64,000 bases of DNA from the human T2T-CHM13v2.0 reference genome, Homo sapiens: assembly GCF_009914755.1 (NCBI RefSeq), contig NC_060937.1. One strand, given 5' to 3'. Position numbers and translations under genes: made by a program. Under the pieces are notes generated by a model. It saw only the letters and a list, made by a program, of their open reading frames with translations, had not been told where the DNA came from and did not search any database. This document shows, piece after piece, positions 12,465-26,398 of the stretch (positions are counted from its first letter, which is position 1; each line of letters begins with the position of its first letter).

Positions 12465-14844
12465 TCAAAGCAATCCAAATATCCACTTGCAGAATCCACA
12501 AAAAGAGTGTTTCAAAACTGCTCTATCAATAGAAAGGTTCAACTCTTTTAGTTGAGTACACACATCACAAACAAGTTTCTGAGAATGCTTCTGTCTGGCT
12601 TTTATTGGAAGACGTTTCCTTTTCACCAAAGGCATCAAAGCGCTCCAAATGTCCACTTCCAGATTCTTCCAAAAGAGTGTTTGAAACGTGCTCAAAGTAA
12701 GGGAATGTTCAACTCTGTGACTTGAATGCAGATATCACCAAGTAGTTTCTAATAGTGCTTCTGTCTAGATTTTAGATGATGATATTCCCGTTTCCAACGA
12801 AATCGTTAGAGCTATCCAAATATCCACTTACAGTTGCTACAAAAACAGTGTTTCCAAACTGCTGCATCAAAAGAAAGGTTCAACTCTGTTAGTTGAGGAC
12901 ACACGTCACAAAGAAGTTTGTGAGAATGCTTCTGTCTAGATTTTGTATGACGATATTCCCTTTTCCAACGATATCGTTAAAGCAATCTAAATATCCATTT
13001 GCAGAATCCACAAAAATAGAGTTTCAAAGCTGCTCTGTAAAAAGAAAGGTTCCACTCTGTTAGCTGAGTACACACATCACAAACTTGTTTCTCAGAATCC
13101 TTCTGTCTCGTTTTTCTGGGAAGATATTTACTTTTTCACCGTAGGCATCAAAGCGCTCCAAATGTCCACATCCAGATACTCCAGAAAGAGTGTTTCAAAC
13201 CTGCTCTATGAAAGGGAATCTTCAACTCTATGAGTTGAATGCAGACATCAGAAAGAAATTTCTGAGAATGCTGCTGTCTACCTTTTATTTGAATTCCCGC
13301 TTCCAACGAAATCCTCCAAGCTATCCAAATATCCACTTGCAGATTCCACAAAAAGAGTGTTTCAAAACTGCTCTCTATCAATGGCAAAGTTCAACTCTGT
13401 TAGTTGAGGACACATATCACCAACAAGTTTCTGAGAATGCTTCTGTCTATTTTTTATGGGAAGATATTTCCTTTTTCACCGTAGGCGTCAAGGCGATCGA
13501 AATGTCCACTTCCACAAACTACAAAAAGAGTGTTTCAAACCTGCTCTATGAAAGGCCATGTTCATCTCTATGAGTCGAATGGAAATATCCGAAAGAAATT
13601 TCTGGGAATGCTGCTGTCTAGTTTTTATACGAATTCCCGCTTCCAACGAAATCCTCAAAGCAATCCAAATATCCACTTGCAGAATCCACAAAAAGAGTGT
13701 TTCAAAACTGCTCTATCAATAGAAAGGTTCAACTCTTTTAGTTGAGTACACACATCACAAACAAGTTTCTGAGAATGCTTCTGTCTGGCTTTTATTGGAA
13801 GACGTTTCCTTTTCACCAAAGGCATCAAAGCGCTCCAAATGTCCACTTCCAGATTCTTCCAAAAGAGTGTTTGAAACGTGCTCAAAGTAAGGGAATGTTC
13901 AACTCTGTGACTTGAATGCAGATATCACCAAGTAGTTTCTAATAGTGCTTCTGTCTAGATTTTAGATGATGATATTCCCGTTTCCAACGAAATCGTTAGA
14001 GCTATCCAAATATCCACTTACAGTTGCTACAAAAACAGTGTTTCCAAACTGCTGCATCAAAAGAAAGGTTCAACTCTGTTAGTTGAGGACACACGTCACA
14101 AAGAAGTTTGTGAGAATGCTTCTGTCTAGATTTTGTATGACGATATTCCCTTTTCCAACGATATCGTTAAAGCAATCTAAATATCCATTTGCAGAATCCA
14201 CAAAAATAGAGTTTCAAAGCTGCTCTGTAAAAAGAAAGGTTCCACTCTGTTAGCTGAGTACACACATCACAAACTTGTTTCTCAGAATCCTTCTGTCTCG
14301 TTTTTCTGGGAAGATATTTACTTTTTCACCGTAGGCATCAAAGCGCTCCAAATGTCCACATCCAGATACTCCAGAAAGAGTGTTTCAAACCTGCTCTATG
14401 AAAGGGAATCTTCAACTCTATGAGTTGAATGCAGACATCAGAAAGAAATTTCTGAGAATGCTGCTGTCTACCTTTTATTTGAATTCCCGCTTCCAACGAA
14501 ATCCTCCAAGCTATCCAAATATCCACTTGCAGATTCCACAAAAAGAGTGTTTCAAAACTGCTCTCTATCAATGGCAAAGTTCAACTCTGTTAGTTGAGGA
14601 CACATATCACCAACAAGTTTCTGAGAATGCTTCTGTCTATTTTTTATGGGAAGATATTTCCTTTTTCACCGTAGGCGTCAAGGCGATCGAAATGTCCACT
14701 TCCACAAACTACAAAAAGAGTGTTTCAAACCTGCTCTATGAAAGGCCATGTTCATCTCTATGAGTCGAATGGAAATATCCGAAAGAAATTTCTGGGAATG
14801 CTGCTGTCTAGTTTTTATACGAATTCCCGCTTCCAACGAAATCC
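12465..14844 (-). repeat. Two tandem 7-mer HOR variants (2 x 1190 bp)
   Basis: Anchors at 12465, 13655, 14845. Confidence 0.95.
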
Positions 14845-17800
14845 TCAAAGCAATCCAAATATCCACTTGCAGAATCCACAAAAAGAGTGTTTCAAAACTG
14901 CTCTATCAATAGAAAGGTTCAACTCTTTTAGTTGAGTACACACATCACAAACAAGTTTCTGAGAATGCTTCTGTCTGGCTTTTATTGGAAGACGTTTCCT
15001 TTTCACCAAAGGCATCAAAGCGCTCCAAATGTCCACTTCCAGATTCTTCCAAAAGAGTGTTTGAAACGTGCTCAAAGTAAGGGAATGTTCAACTCTGTGA
15101 CTTGAATGCAGATATCACCAAGTAGTTTCTAATAGTGCTTCTGTCTAGATTTTAGATGATGATATTCCCGTTTCCAACGAAATCGTTAGAGCTATCCAAA
15201 TATCCACTTACAGTTTCTACAAAAAGAGTGTTTCCAAACTGCTGCATCAAAAGAAAGGTTCAACTCTGTTAGTTGAGGACACACATCACAAAGAAGTTTG
15301 TGAGAATGCTTCTGTCTAGATTTTGTATGACCATATTCCCTTTTCCAGCGATATCATTAAAGCAATCTAAATATCCATTTGCAGAATCCACAAAAATAGA
15401 GTTTCAAAGCTGCTCTGTAAAAAGAAAGGTTCCACTCTGTTAGCTGAGTACACACATCACAAACTTGTTTCTCAGAATCCTTCTGTCTCGTTTTTATGGG
15501 AAGATATTTACTTTTTCACCGTAGGCATCAAAGCGCTCCAAATGTCCACATCCAGATACTCCAGAAAGAGTGTTTCAAACCTGCTCTATGAAAGGGAATC
15601 TTCAACTCTATGAGTTGAATGCAGACATCAGAAAGAAATTTCTGAGAATGCTGCTGTCTACCTTTTATTTGAACTCCCGCTTCCAACGAAATCCTCCAAG
15701 CTATCCAAATATCCACTTGCATTTTCCACAAAAAGAGTGCTTCAAAACTGCTCTATCAATAAATGTTCAACTCCTTTAGCTGGGTGCACACATCACAAAC
15801 AAGTTTCTGAGAATGCTTCTGTCTAGTTTTTATGGGAAGACATTCCCTTTTTCACCAAAGGCATCAAAGCGCTCCAAATGTCCACTTCCAGACACTACAA
15901 AAAGAGTGTTTCCAACGTGCTCTAAGAAAGCGAATGTTCAACTCTGTGACTTGAATGCAGATATCACAAAGTAGTTTCTGAGAGGGCTTCTGTCTAGATT
16001 TTAGATGATGATATTCCCGTTTCCAACGAAATCATTAGAGCTATCCAAATATCCACTTACAGTTTCTACAAAAAGAGTGTTTCCAAACTGCTGCATCAAA
16101 AGAGAGGTTCCACTCTGTTAGCTGAGTACACACATCACAAACTTGTTTCTCAGAATCCTTCTGTCTCGTTTTTCTGGGAAGATATTTACTTTTTCACCGT
16201 AGGCATCAAAGCGCTCCAAATGTCCACATCCAGATACTCCAGAAAGAGTGTTTCAAACCTGCTCTATGAAAGGGAATCTTCAACTCTATGAGTTGAATGC
16301 AGACATCAGAAAGAAATTTCTGAGAATGCTGCTGTCTACCTTTTATTTGAATTCCCGCTTCCAACGAAATCCTCCAAGCTATCCAAATATCCACTTGCAG
16401 ATTCCACAAAAAGAGTGTTTCAAAACTGCTCTCTATCAATGGCAAAGTTCAACTCTGTTAGTTGAGGACACATATCACCAACAAGTTTCTGAGAATGCTT
16501 CTGTCTATTTTTTATGGGAAGATATTTCCTTTTTCACCGTAGGCGTCAAGGCGATCGAAATGTCCACTTCCACAAACTACAAAAAGAGTGTTTCAAACCT
16601 GCTCTATGAAAGGCCATGTTCATCTCTATGAGTCGAATGGAAATATCCGAAAGAAATTTCTGGGAATGCTGCTGTCTAGTTTTTATACGAATTCCCGCTT
16701 CCAACGAAATCCTCAAAGCAATCCAAATATCCACTTGCAGAATCCACAAAAAGAGTGTTTCAAAACTGCTCTATCAATAGAAAGGTTCAACTCTTTTAGT
16801 TGAGTACACACATCACAAACAAGTTTCTGAGAATGCTTCTGTCTGGCTTTTATTGGAAGACGTTTCCTTTTCACCAAAGGCATCAAAGCGCTCCAAATGT
16901 CCACTTCCAGATTCTTCCAAAAGAGTGTTTGAAACGTGCTCAAAGTAAGGGAATGTTCAACTCTGTGACTTGAATGCAGATATCACCAAGTAGTTTCTAA
17001 TAGTGCTTCTGTCTAGATTTTAGATGATGATATTCCCGTTTCCAACGAAATCGTTAGAGCTATCCAAATATCCACTTACAGTTGCTACAAAAACAGTGTT
17101 TCCAAACTGCTGCATCAAAAGAAAGGTTCAACTCTGTTAGTTGAGGACACACGTCACAAAGAAGTTTGTGAGAATGCTTCTGTCTAGATTTTGTATGACG
17201 ATATTCCCTTTTCCAACGATATCATTAAAGCAATCTAAATATCCATTTGCAGAATCCACAAAAATAGAGTTTCAAAGCTGCTCTGTAAAAAGAAAGGTTC
17301 CACTCTGTTAGCTGAGTACACACATCACAAACTTGTTTCTCAGAATCCTTCTGTCTCGTTTTTCTGGGAAGATATTTACTTTTTCACCGTAGGCATCAAA
17401 GCGCTCCAAATGTCCACATCCAGATACTCCAGAAAGAGTGTTTCAAACCTGCTCTATGAAAGGGAATCTTCAACTCTATGAGTTGAATGCAGACATCAGA
17501 AAGAAATTTCTGAGAATGCTGCTGTCTACCTTTTATTTGAACTCCCGCTTCCAACGAAATCCTCCAAGCTATCCAAATATCCACTTGCATTTTCCACAAA
17601 AAGAGTGCTTCAAAACTGCTCTATCAATAAATGTTCAACTCCTTTAGCTGGGTGCACACATCACAAACAAGTTTCTGAGAATGCTTCTGTCTAGTTTTTA
17701 TGGGAAGACATTCCCTTTTTCACCAAAGGCATCAAAGCGCTCCAAATGTCCACTTCCAGACACTACAAAAAGAGTGTTTCCAACGTGCTCTAAGAAAGCG

Positions 17801-18580
17801 AATGTTCAACTCTGTGACTTGAATGCAGATATCACAAAGTAGTTTCTGAGAGGGCTTCTGTCTAGATTTTAGATGATGATATTCCCGTTTCCAACGAAAT
17901 CATTAGAGCTATCCAAATATCCACTTACAGTTTCTACAAAAAGAGTGTTTCCAAACTGCTGCATCAAAAGAGAGGTTCCACTCTGTTAGCTGAGTACACA
18001 CATCACAAACTTGTTTCTGAGAATCCTTCTGTGTCGTTTTTCTGGGAAGATATTTACTTTTTCACCGTAGGCATCAAAGCGCTCCAAATGTCCACATCCA
18101 GATACTCCAGAAAGAGTGTTTCAAACCTGCTCTATGAAAGGGAATCTTCAACTCTATGAGTTGAATGCAGACATCAGAAAGAAATTTCTGAGAATGCTGC
18201 TGTCTACCTTTTATTTGAATTCCCGCTTCCAACGAAATCCTCCAAGCTATCCAAATATCCACTTGCAGATTCCACAAAAAGAGTGTTTCAAAACTGCTCT
18301 CTATCAATGGCAAAGTTCAACTCTGTTAGTTGAGGACACATATCACCAACAAGTTTCTGAGAATGCTTCTGTCTATTTTTTATGGGAAGATATTTCCTTT
18401 TTCACCGTAGGCGTCAAGGCGATCGAAATGTCCACTTCCACAAACTACAAAAAGAGTGTTTCAAACCTGCTCTATGAAAGGCCATGTTCATCTCTATGAG
18501 TCGAATGGAAATATCCGAAAGAAATTTCTGGGAATGCTGCTGTCTAGTTTTTATACGAATTCCCGCTTCCAACGAAATCC

Positions 18581-20960
18581 TCAAAGCAATCCAAATATCC
18601 ACTTGCAGAATCCACAAAAAGAGTGTTTCAAAACTGCTCTATCAATAGAAAGGTTCAACTCTTTTAGTTGAGTACACACATCACAAACAAGTTTCTGAGA
18701 ATGCTTCTGTCTGGCTTTTATTGGAAGACGTTTCCTTTTCACCAAAGGCATCAAAGCGCTCCAAATGTCCACTTCCAGATTCTTCCAAAAGAGTGTTTGA
18801 AACGTGCTCAAAGTAAGGGAATGTTCAACTCTGTGACTTGAATGCAGATATCACCAAGTAGTTTCTAATAGTGCTTCTGTCTAGATTTTAGATGATGATA
18901 TTCCCGTTTCCAACGAAATCGTTAGAGCTATCCAAATATCCACTTACAGTTGCTACAAAAACAGTGTTTCCAAACTGCTGCATCAAAAGAAAGGTTCAAC
19001 TCTGTTAGTTGAGGACACACGTCACAAAGAAGTTTGTGAGAATGCTTCTGTCTAGATTTTGTATGACGATATTCCCTTTTCCAACGATATCGTTAAAGCA
19101 ATCTAAATATCCATTTGCAGAATCCACAAAAATAGAGTTTCAAAGCTGCTCTGTAAAAAGAAAGGTTCCACTCTGTTAGCTGAGTACACACATCACAAAC
19201 TTGTTTCTCAGAATCCTTCTGTCTCGTTTTTCTGGGAAGATATTTACTTTTTCACCGTAGGCATCAAAGCGCTCCAAATGTCCACATCCAGATACTCCAG
19301 AAAGAGTGTTTCAAACCTGCTCTATGAAAGGGAATCTTCAACTCTATGAGTTGAATGCAGACATCAGAAAGAAATTTCTGAGAATGCTGCTGTCTACCTT
19401 TTATTTGAACTCCCGCTTCCAACGAAATCCTCCAAGCTATCCAAATATCCACTTGCAGATTCCACAAAAAGAGTGTTTCAAAACTGCTCTCTATCAATGG
19501 CAAAGTTCAACTCTGTTAGTTGAGGACACATATCACCAACAAGTTTCTGAGAATGCTTCTGTCTATTTTTTATGGGAAGATATTTCCTTTTTCACCGTAG
19601 GCGTCAAGGCGATCGAAATGTCCACTTCCACAAACTACAAAAAGAGTGTTTCAAACCTGCTCTATGAAAGGCCATGTTCATCTCTATGAGTCGAATGGAA
19701 ATATCCGAAAGAAATTTCTGGGAATGCTGCTGTCTAGTTTTTATACGAATTCCCGCTTCCAACGAAATCCTCAAAGCAATCCAAATATCCACTTGCAGAA
19801 TCCACAAAAAGAGTGTTTCAAAACTGCTCTATCAATAGAAAGGTTCAACTCTTTTAGTTGAGTACACACATCACAAACAAGTTTCTGAGAATGCTTCTGT
19901 CTGGCTTTTATTGGAAGACGTTTCCTTTTCACCAAAGGCATCAAAGCGCTCCAAATGTCCACTTCCAGATTCTTCCAAAAGAGTGTTTGAAACGTGCTCA
20001 AAGTAAGGGAATGTTCAACTCTGTGACTTGAATGCAGATATCACCAAGTAGTTTCTAATAGTGCTTCTGTCTAGATTTTAGATGATGATATTCCCGTTTC
20101 CAACGAAATCGTTAGAGCTATCCAAATATCCACTTACAGTTGCTACAAAAACAGTGTTTCCAAACTGCTGCATCAAAAGAAAGGTTCAACTCTGTTAGTT
20201 GAGGACACACGTCACAAAGAAGTTTGTGAGAATGCTTCTGTCTAGATTTTGTATGACGATATTCCCTTTTCCAACGATATCGTTAAAGCAATCTAAATAT
20301 CCATTTGCAGAATCCACAAAAATAGAGTTTCAAAGCTGCTCTGTAAAAAGAAAGGTTCCACTCTGTTAGCTGAGTACACACATCACAAACTTGTTTCTCA
20401 GAATCCTTCTGTCTCGTTTTTCTGGGAAGATATTTACTTTTTCACCGTAGGCATCAAAGCGCTCCAAATGTCCACATCCAGATACTCCAGAAAGAGTGTT
20501 TCAAACCTGCTCTATGAAAGGGAATCTTCAACTCTATGAGTTGAATGCAGACATCAGAAAGAAATTTCTGAGAATGCTGCTGTCTACCTTTTATTTGAAT
20601 TCCCGCTTCCAACGAAATCCTCCAAGCTATCCAAATATCCACTTGCAGATTCCACAAAAAGAGTGTTTCAAAACTGCTCTCTATCAATGGCAAAGTTCAA
20701 CTCTGTTAGTTGAGGACACATATCACCAACAAGTTTCTGAGAATGCTTCTGTCTATTTTTTATGGGAAGATATTTCCTTTTTCACCGTAGGCGTCAAGGC
20801 GATCGAAATGTCCACTTCCACAAACTACAAAAAGAGTGTTTCAAACCTGCTCTATGAAAGGCCATGTTCATCTCTATGAGTCGAATGGAAATATCCGAAA
20901 GAAATTTCTGGGAATGCTGCTGTCTAGTTTTTATACGAATTCCCGCTTCCAACGAAATCC
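18581..20960 (-). repeat. Two tandem 7-mer HOR variants (2 x 1190 bp); the first carries the GAACTC allele at 19410
   Basis: Anchors at 18581, 19771, 20961. Confidence 0.95.
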
Positions 20961-22828
20961 TCAAAGCAATCCAAATATCCACTTGCAGAATCCACAAAAA
21001 GAGTGTTTCAAAACTGCTCTATCAATAGAAAGGTTCAACTCTTTTAGTTGAGTACACACATCACAAACAAGTTTCTGAGAATGCTTCTGTCTGGCTTTTA
21101 TTGGAAGACGTTTCCTTTTCACCAAAGGCATCAAAGCGCTCCAAATGTCCACTTCCAGATTCTTCCAAAAGAGTGTTTGAAACGTGCTCAAAGTAAGGGA
21201 ATGTTCAACTCTGTGACTTGAATGCAGATATCACCAAGTAGTTTCTAATAGTGCTTCTGTCTAGATTTTAGATGATGATATTCCCGTTTCCAACGAAATC
21301 GTTAGAGCTATCCAAATATCCACTTACAGTTTCTACAAAAAGAGTGTTTCCAAACTGCTGCATCAAAAGAAAGGTTCAACTCTGTTAGTTGAGGACACAC
21401 ATCACAAAGAAGTTTGTGAGAATGCTTCTGTCTAGATTTTGTATGACCATATTCCCTTTTCCAGCGATATCATTAAAGCAATCTAAATATCCATTTGCAG
21501 AATCCACAAAAATAGAGTTTCAAAGCTGCTCTGTAAAAAGAAAGGTTCCACTCTGTTAGCTGAGTACACACATCACAAACTTGTTTCTCAGAATCCTTCT
21601 GTCTCGTTTTTATGGGAAGATATTTACTTTTTCACCGTAGGCATCAAAGCGCTCCAAATGTCCACATCCAGATACTCCAGAAAGAGTGTTTCAAACCTGC
21701 TCTATGAAAGGGAATCTTCAACTCTATGAGTTGAATGCAGACATCAGAAAGAAATTTCTGAGAATGCTGCTGTCTACCTTTTATTTGAACTCCCGCTTCC
21801 AACGAAATCCTCCAAGCTATCCAAATATCCACTTGCATTTTCCACAAAAAGAGTGCTTCAAAACTGCTCTATCAATAAATGTTCAACTCCTTTAGCTGGG
21901 TGCACACATCACAAACAAGTTTCTGAGAATGCTTCTGTCTAGTTTTTATGGGAAGACATTCCCTTTTTCACCAAAGGCATCAAAGCGCTCCAAATGTCCA
22001 CTTCCAGACACTACAAAAAGAGTGTTTCCAACGTGCTCTAAGAAAGCGAATGTTCAACTCTGTGACTTGAATGCAGATATCACAAAGTAGTTTCTGAGAG
22101 GGCTTCTGTCTAGATTTTAGATGATGATATTCCCGTTTCCAACGAAATCATTAGAGCTATCCAAATATCCACTTACAGTTTCTACAAAAAGAGTGTTTCC
22201 AAACTGCTGCATCAAAAGAGAGGTTCCACTCTGTTAGCTGAGTACACACATCACAAACTTGTTTCTGAGAATCCTTCTGTGTCGTTTTTCTGGGAAGATA
22301 TTTACTTTTTCACCGTAGGCATCAAAGCGCTCCAAATGTCCACATCCAGATACTCCAGAAAGAGTGTTTCAAACCTGCTCTATGAAAGGGAATCTTCAAC
22401 TCTATGAGTTGAATGCAGACATCAGAAAGAAATTTCTGAGAATGCTGCTGTCTACCTTTTATTTGAATTCCCGCTTCCAACGAAATCCTCCAAGCTATCC
22501 AAATATCCACTTGCAGATTCCACAAAAAGAGTGTTTCAAAACTGCTCTCTATCAATGGCAAAGTTCAACTCTGTTAGTTGAGGACACATATCACCAACAA
22601 GTTTCTGAGAATGCTTCTGTCTATTTTTTATGGGAAGATATTTCCTTTTTCACCGTAGGCGTCAAGGCGATCGAAATGTCCACTTCCACAAACTACAAAA
22701 AGAGTGTTTCAAACCTGCTCTATGAAAGGCCATGTTCATCTCTATGAGTCGAATGGAAATATCCGAAAGAAATTTCTGGGAATGCTGCTGTCTAGTTTTT
22801 ATACGAATTCCCGCTTCCAACGAAATCC

Positions 22829-25800
22829 TCAAAGCAATCCAAATATCCACTTGCAGAATCCACAAAAAGAGTGTTTCAAAACTGCTCTATCAATAGAAAG
22901 GTTCAACTCTTTTAGTTGAGTACACACATCACAAACAAGTTTCTGAGAATGCTTCTGTCTGGCTTTTATTGGAAGACGTTTCCTTTTCACCAAAGGCATC
23001 AAAGCGCTCCAAATGTCCACTTCCAGATTCTTCCAAAAGAGTGTTTGAAACGTGCTCAAAGTAAGGGAATGTTCAACTCTGTGACTTGAATGCAGATATC
23101 ACCAAGTAGTTTCTAATAGTGCTTCTGTCTAGATTTTAGATGATGATATTCCCGTTTCCAACGAAATCGTTAGAGCTATCCAAATATCCACTTACAGTTG
23201 CTACAAAAACAGTGTTTCCAAACTGCTGCATCAAAAGAAAGGTTCAACTCTGTTAGTTGAGGACACACGTCACAAAGAAGTTTGTGAGAATGCTTCTGTC
23301 TAGATTTTGTATGACGATATTCCCTTTTCCAACGATATCGTTAAAGCAATCTAAATATCCATTTGCAGAATCCACAAAAATAGAGTTTCAAAGCTGCTCT
23401 GTAAAAAGAAAGGTTCCACTCTGTTAGCTGAGTACACACATCACAAACTTGTTTCTCAGAATCCTTCTGTCTCGTTTTTCTGGGAAGATATTTACTTTTT
23501 CACCGTAGGCATCAAAGCGCTCCAAATGTCCACATCCAGATACTCCAGAAAGAGTGTTTCAAACCTGCTCTATGAAAGGGAATCTTCAACTCTATGAGTT
23601 GAATGCAGACATCAGAAAGAAATTTCTGAGAATGCTGCTGTCTACCTTTTATTTGAATTCCCGCTTCCAACGAAATCCTCCAAGCTATCCAAATATCCAC
23701 TTGCAGATTCCACAAAAAGAGTGTTTCAAAACTGCTCTCTATCAATGGCAAAGTTCAACTCTGTTAGTTGAGGACACATATCACCAACAAGTTTCTGAGA
23801 ATGCTTCTGTCTATTTTTTATGGGAAGATATTTCCTTTTTCACCGTAGGCGTCAAGGCGATCGAAATGTCCACTTCCACAAACTACAAAAAGAGTGTTTC
23901 AAACCTGCTCTATGAAAGGCCATGTTCATCTCTATGAGTCGAATGGAAATATCCGAAAGAAATTTCTGGGAATGCTGCTGTCTAGTTTTTATACGAATTC
24001 CCGCTTCCAACGAAATCCTCAAAGCAATCCAAATATCCACTTGCAGAATCCACAAAAAGAGTGTTTCAAAACTGCTCTATCAATAGAAAGGTTCAACTCT
24101 TTTAGTTGAGTACACACATCACAAACAAGTTTCTGAGAATGCTTCTGTCTGGCTTTTATTGGAAGACGTTTCCTTTTCACCAAAGGCATCAAAGCGCTCC
24201 AAATGTCCACTTCCAGATTCTTCCAAAAGAGTGTTTGAAACGTGCTCAAAGTAAGGGAATGTTCAACTCTGTGACTTGAATGCAGATATCACCAAGTAGT
24301 TTCTAATAGTGCTTCTGTCTAGATTTTAGATGATGATATTCCCGTTTCCAACGAAATCGTTAGAGCTATCCAAATATCCACTTACAGTTGCTACAAAAAC
24401 AGTGTTTCCAAACTGCTGCATCAAAAGAAAGGTTCAACTCTGTTAGTTGAGGACACACGTCACAAAGAAGTTTGTGAGAATGCTTCTGTCTAGATTTTGT
24501 ATGACGATATTCCCTTTTCCAACGATATCGTTAAAGCAATCTAAATATCCATTTGCAGAATCCACAAAAATAGAGTTTCAAAGCTGCTCTGTAAAAAGAA
24601 AGGTTCCACTCTGTTAGCTGAGTACACACATCACAAACTTGTTTCTCAGAATCCTTCTGTCTCGTTTTTCTGGGAAGATATTTACTTTTTCACCGTAGGC
24701 ATCAAAGCGCTCCAAATGTCCACATCCAGATACTCCAGAAAGAGTGTTTCAAACCTGCTCTATGAAAGGGAATCTTCAACTCTATGAGTTGAATGCAGAC
24801 ATCAGAAAGAAATTTCTGAGAATGCTGCTGTCTACCTTTTATTTGAATTCCCGCTTCCAACGAAATCCTCCAAGCTATCCAAATATCCACTTGCAGATTC
24901 CACAAAAAGAGTGTTTCAAAACTGCTCTCTATCAATGGCAAAGTTCAACTCTGTTAGTTGAGGACACATATCACCAACAAGTTTCTGAGAATGCTTCTGT
25001 CTATTTTTTATGGGAAGATATTTCCTTTTTCACCGTAGGCGTCAAGGCGATCGAAATGTCCACTTCCACAAACTACAAAAAGAGTGTTTCAAACCTGCTC
25101 TATGAAAGGCCATGTTCATCTCTATGAGTCGAATGGAAATATCCGAAAGAAATTTCTGGGAATGCTGCTGTCTAGTTTTTATACGAATTCCCGCTTCCAA
25201 CGAAATCCTCAAAGCAATCCAAATATCCACTTGCAGAATCCACAAAAAGAGTGTTTCAAAACTGCTCTATCAATAGAAAGGTTCAACTCTTTTAGTTGAG
25301 TACACACATCACAAACAAGTTTCTGAGAATGCTTCTGTCTGGCTTTTATTGGAAGACGTTTCCTTTTCACCAAAGGCATCAAAGCGCTCCAAATGTCCAC
25401 TTCCAGATTCTTCCAAAAGAGTGTTTGAAACGTGCTCAAAGTAAGGGAATGTTCAACTCTGTGACTTGAATGCAGATATCACCAAGTAGTTTCTAATAGT
25501 GCTTCTGTCTAGATTTTAGATGATGATATTCCCGTTTCCAACGAAATCGTTAGAGCTATCCAAATATCCACTTACAGTTGCTACAAAAACAGTGTTTCCA
25601 AACTGCTGCATCAAAAGAAAGGTTCAACTCTGTTAGTTGAGGACACACGTCACAAAGAAGTTTGTGAGAATGCTTCTGTCTAGATTTTGTATGACGATAT
25701 TCCCTTTTCCAACGATATCGTTAAAGCAATCTAAATATCCATTTGCAGAATCCACAAAAATAGAGTTTCAAAGCTGCTCTGTAAAAAGAAAGGTTCCACT

Positions 25801-26398
25801 CTGTTAGCTGAGTACACACATCACAAACTTGTTTCTCAGAATCCTTCTGTCTCGTTTTTCTGGGAAGATATTTACTTTTTCACCGTAGGCATCAAAGCGC
25901 TCCAAATGTCCACATCCAGATACTCCAGAAAGAGTGTTTCAAACCTGCTCTATGAAAGGGAATCTTCAACTCTATGAGTTGAATGCAGACATCAGAAAGA
26001 AATTTCTGAGAATGCTGCTGTCTACCTTTTATTTGAATTCCCGCTTCCAACGAAATCCTCCAAGCTATCCAAATATCCACTTGCAGATTCCACAAAAAGA
26101 GTGTTTCAAAACTGCTCTCTATCAATGGCAAAGTTCAACTCTGTTAGTTGAGGACACATATCACCAACAAGTTTCTGAGAATGCTTCTGTCTATTTTTTA
26201 TGGGAAGATATTTCCTTTTTCACCGTAGGCGTCAAGGCGATCGAAATGTCCACTTCCACAAACTACAAAAAGAGTGTTTCAAACCTGCTCTATGAAAGGC
26301 CATGTTCATCTCTATGAGTCGAATGGAAATATCCGAAAGAAATTTCTGGGAATGCTGCTGTCTAGTTTTTATACGAATTCCCGCTTCCAACGAAATCC
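22829..26398 (-). repeat. Three tandem 7-mer HOR variants (3 x 1190 bp)
   Basis: Anchors at 22829, 24019, 25209, 26399. Confidence 0.95.
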
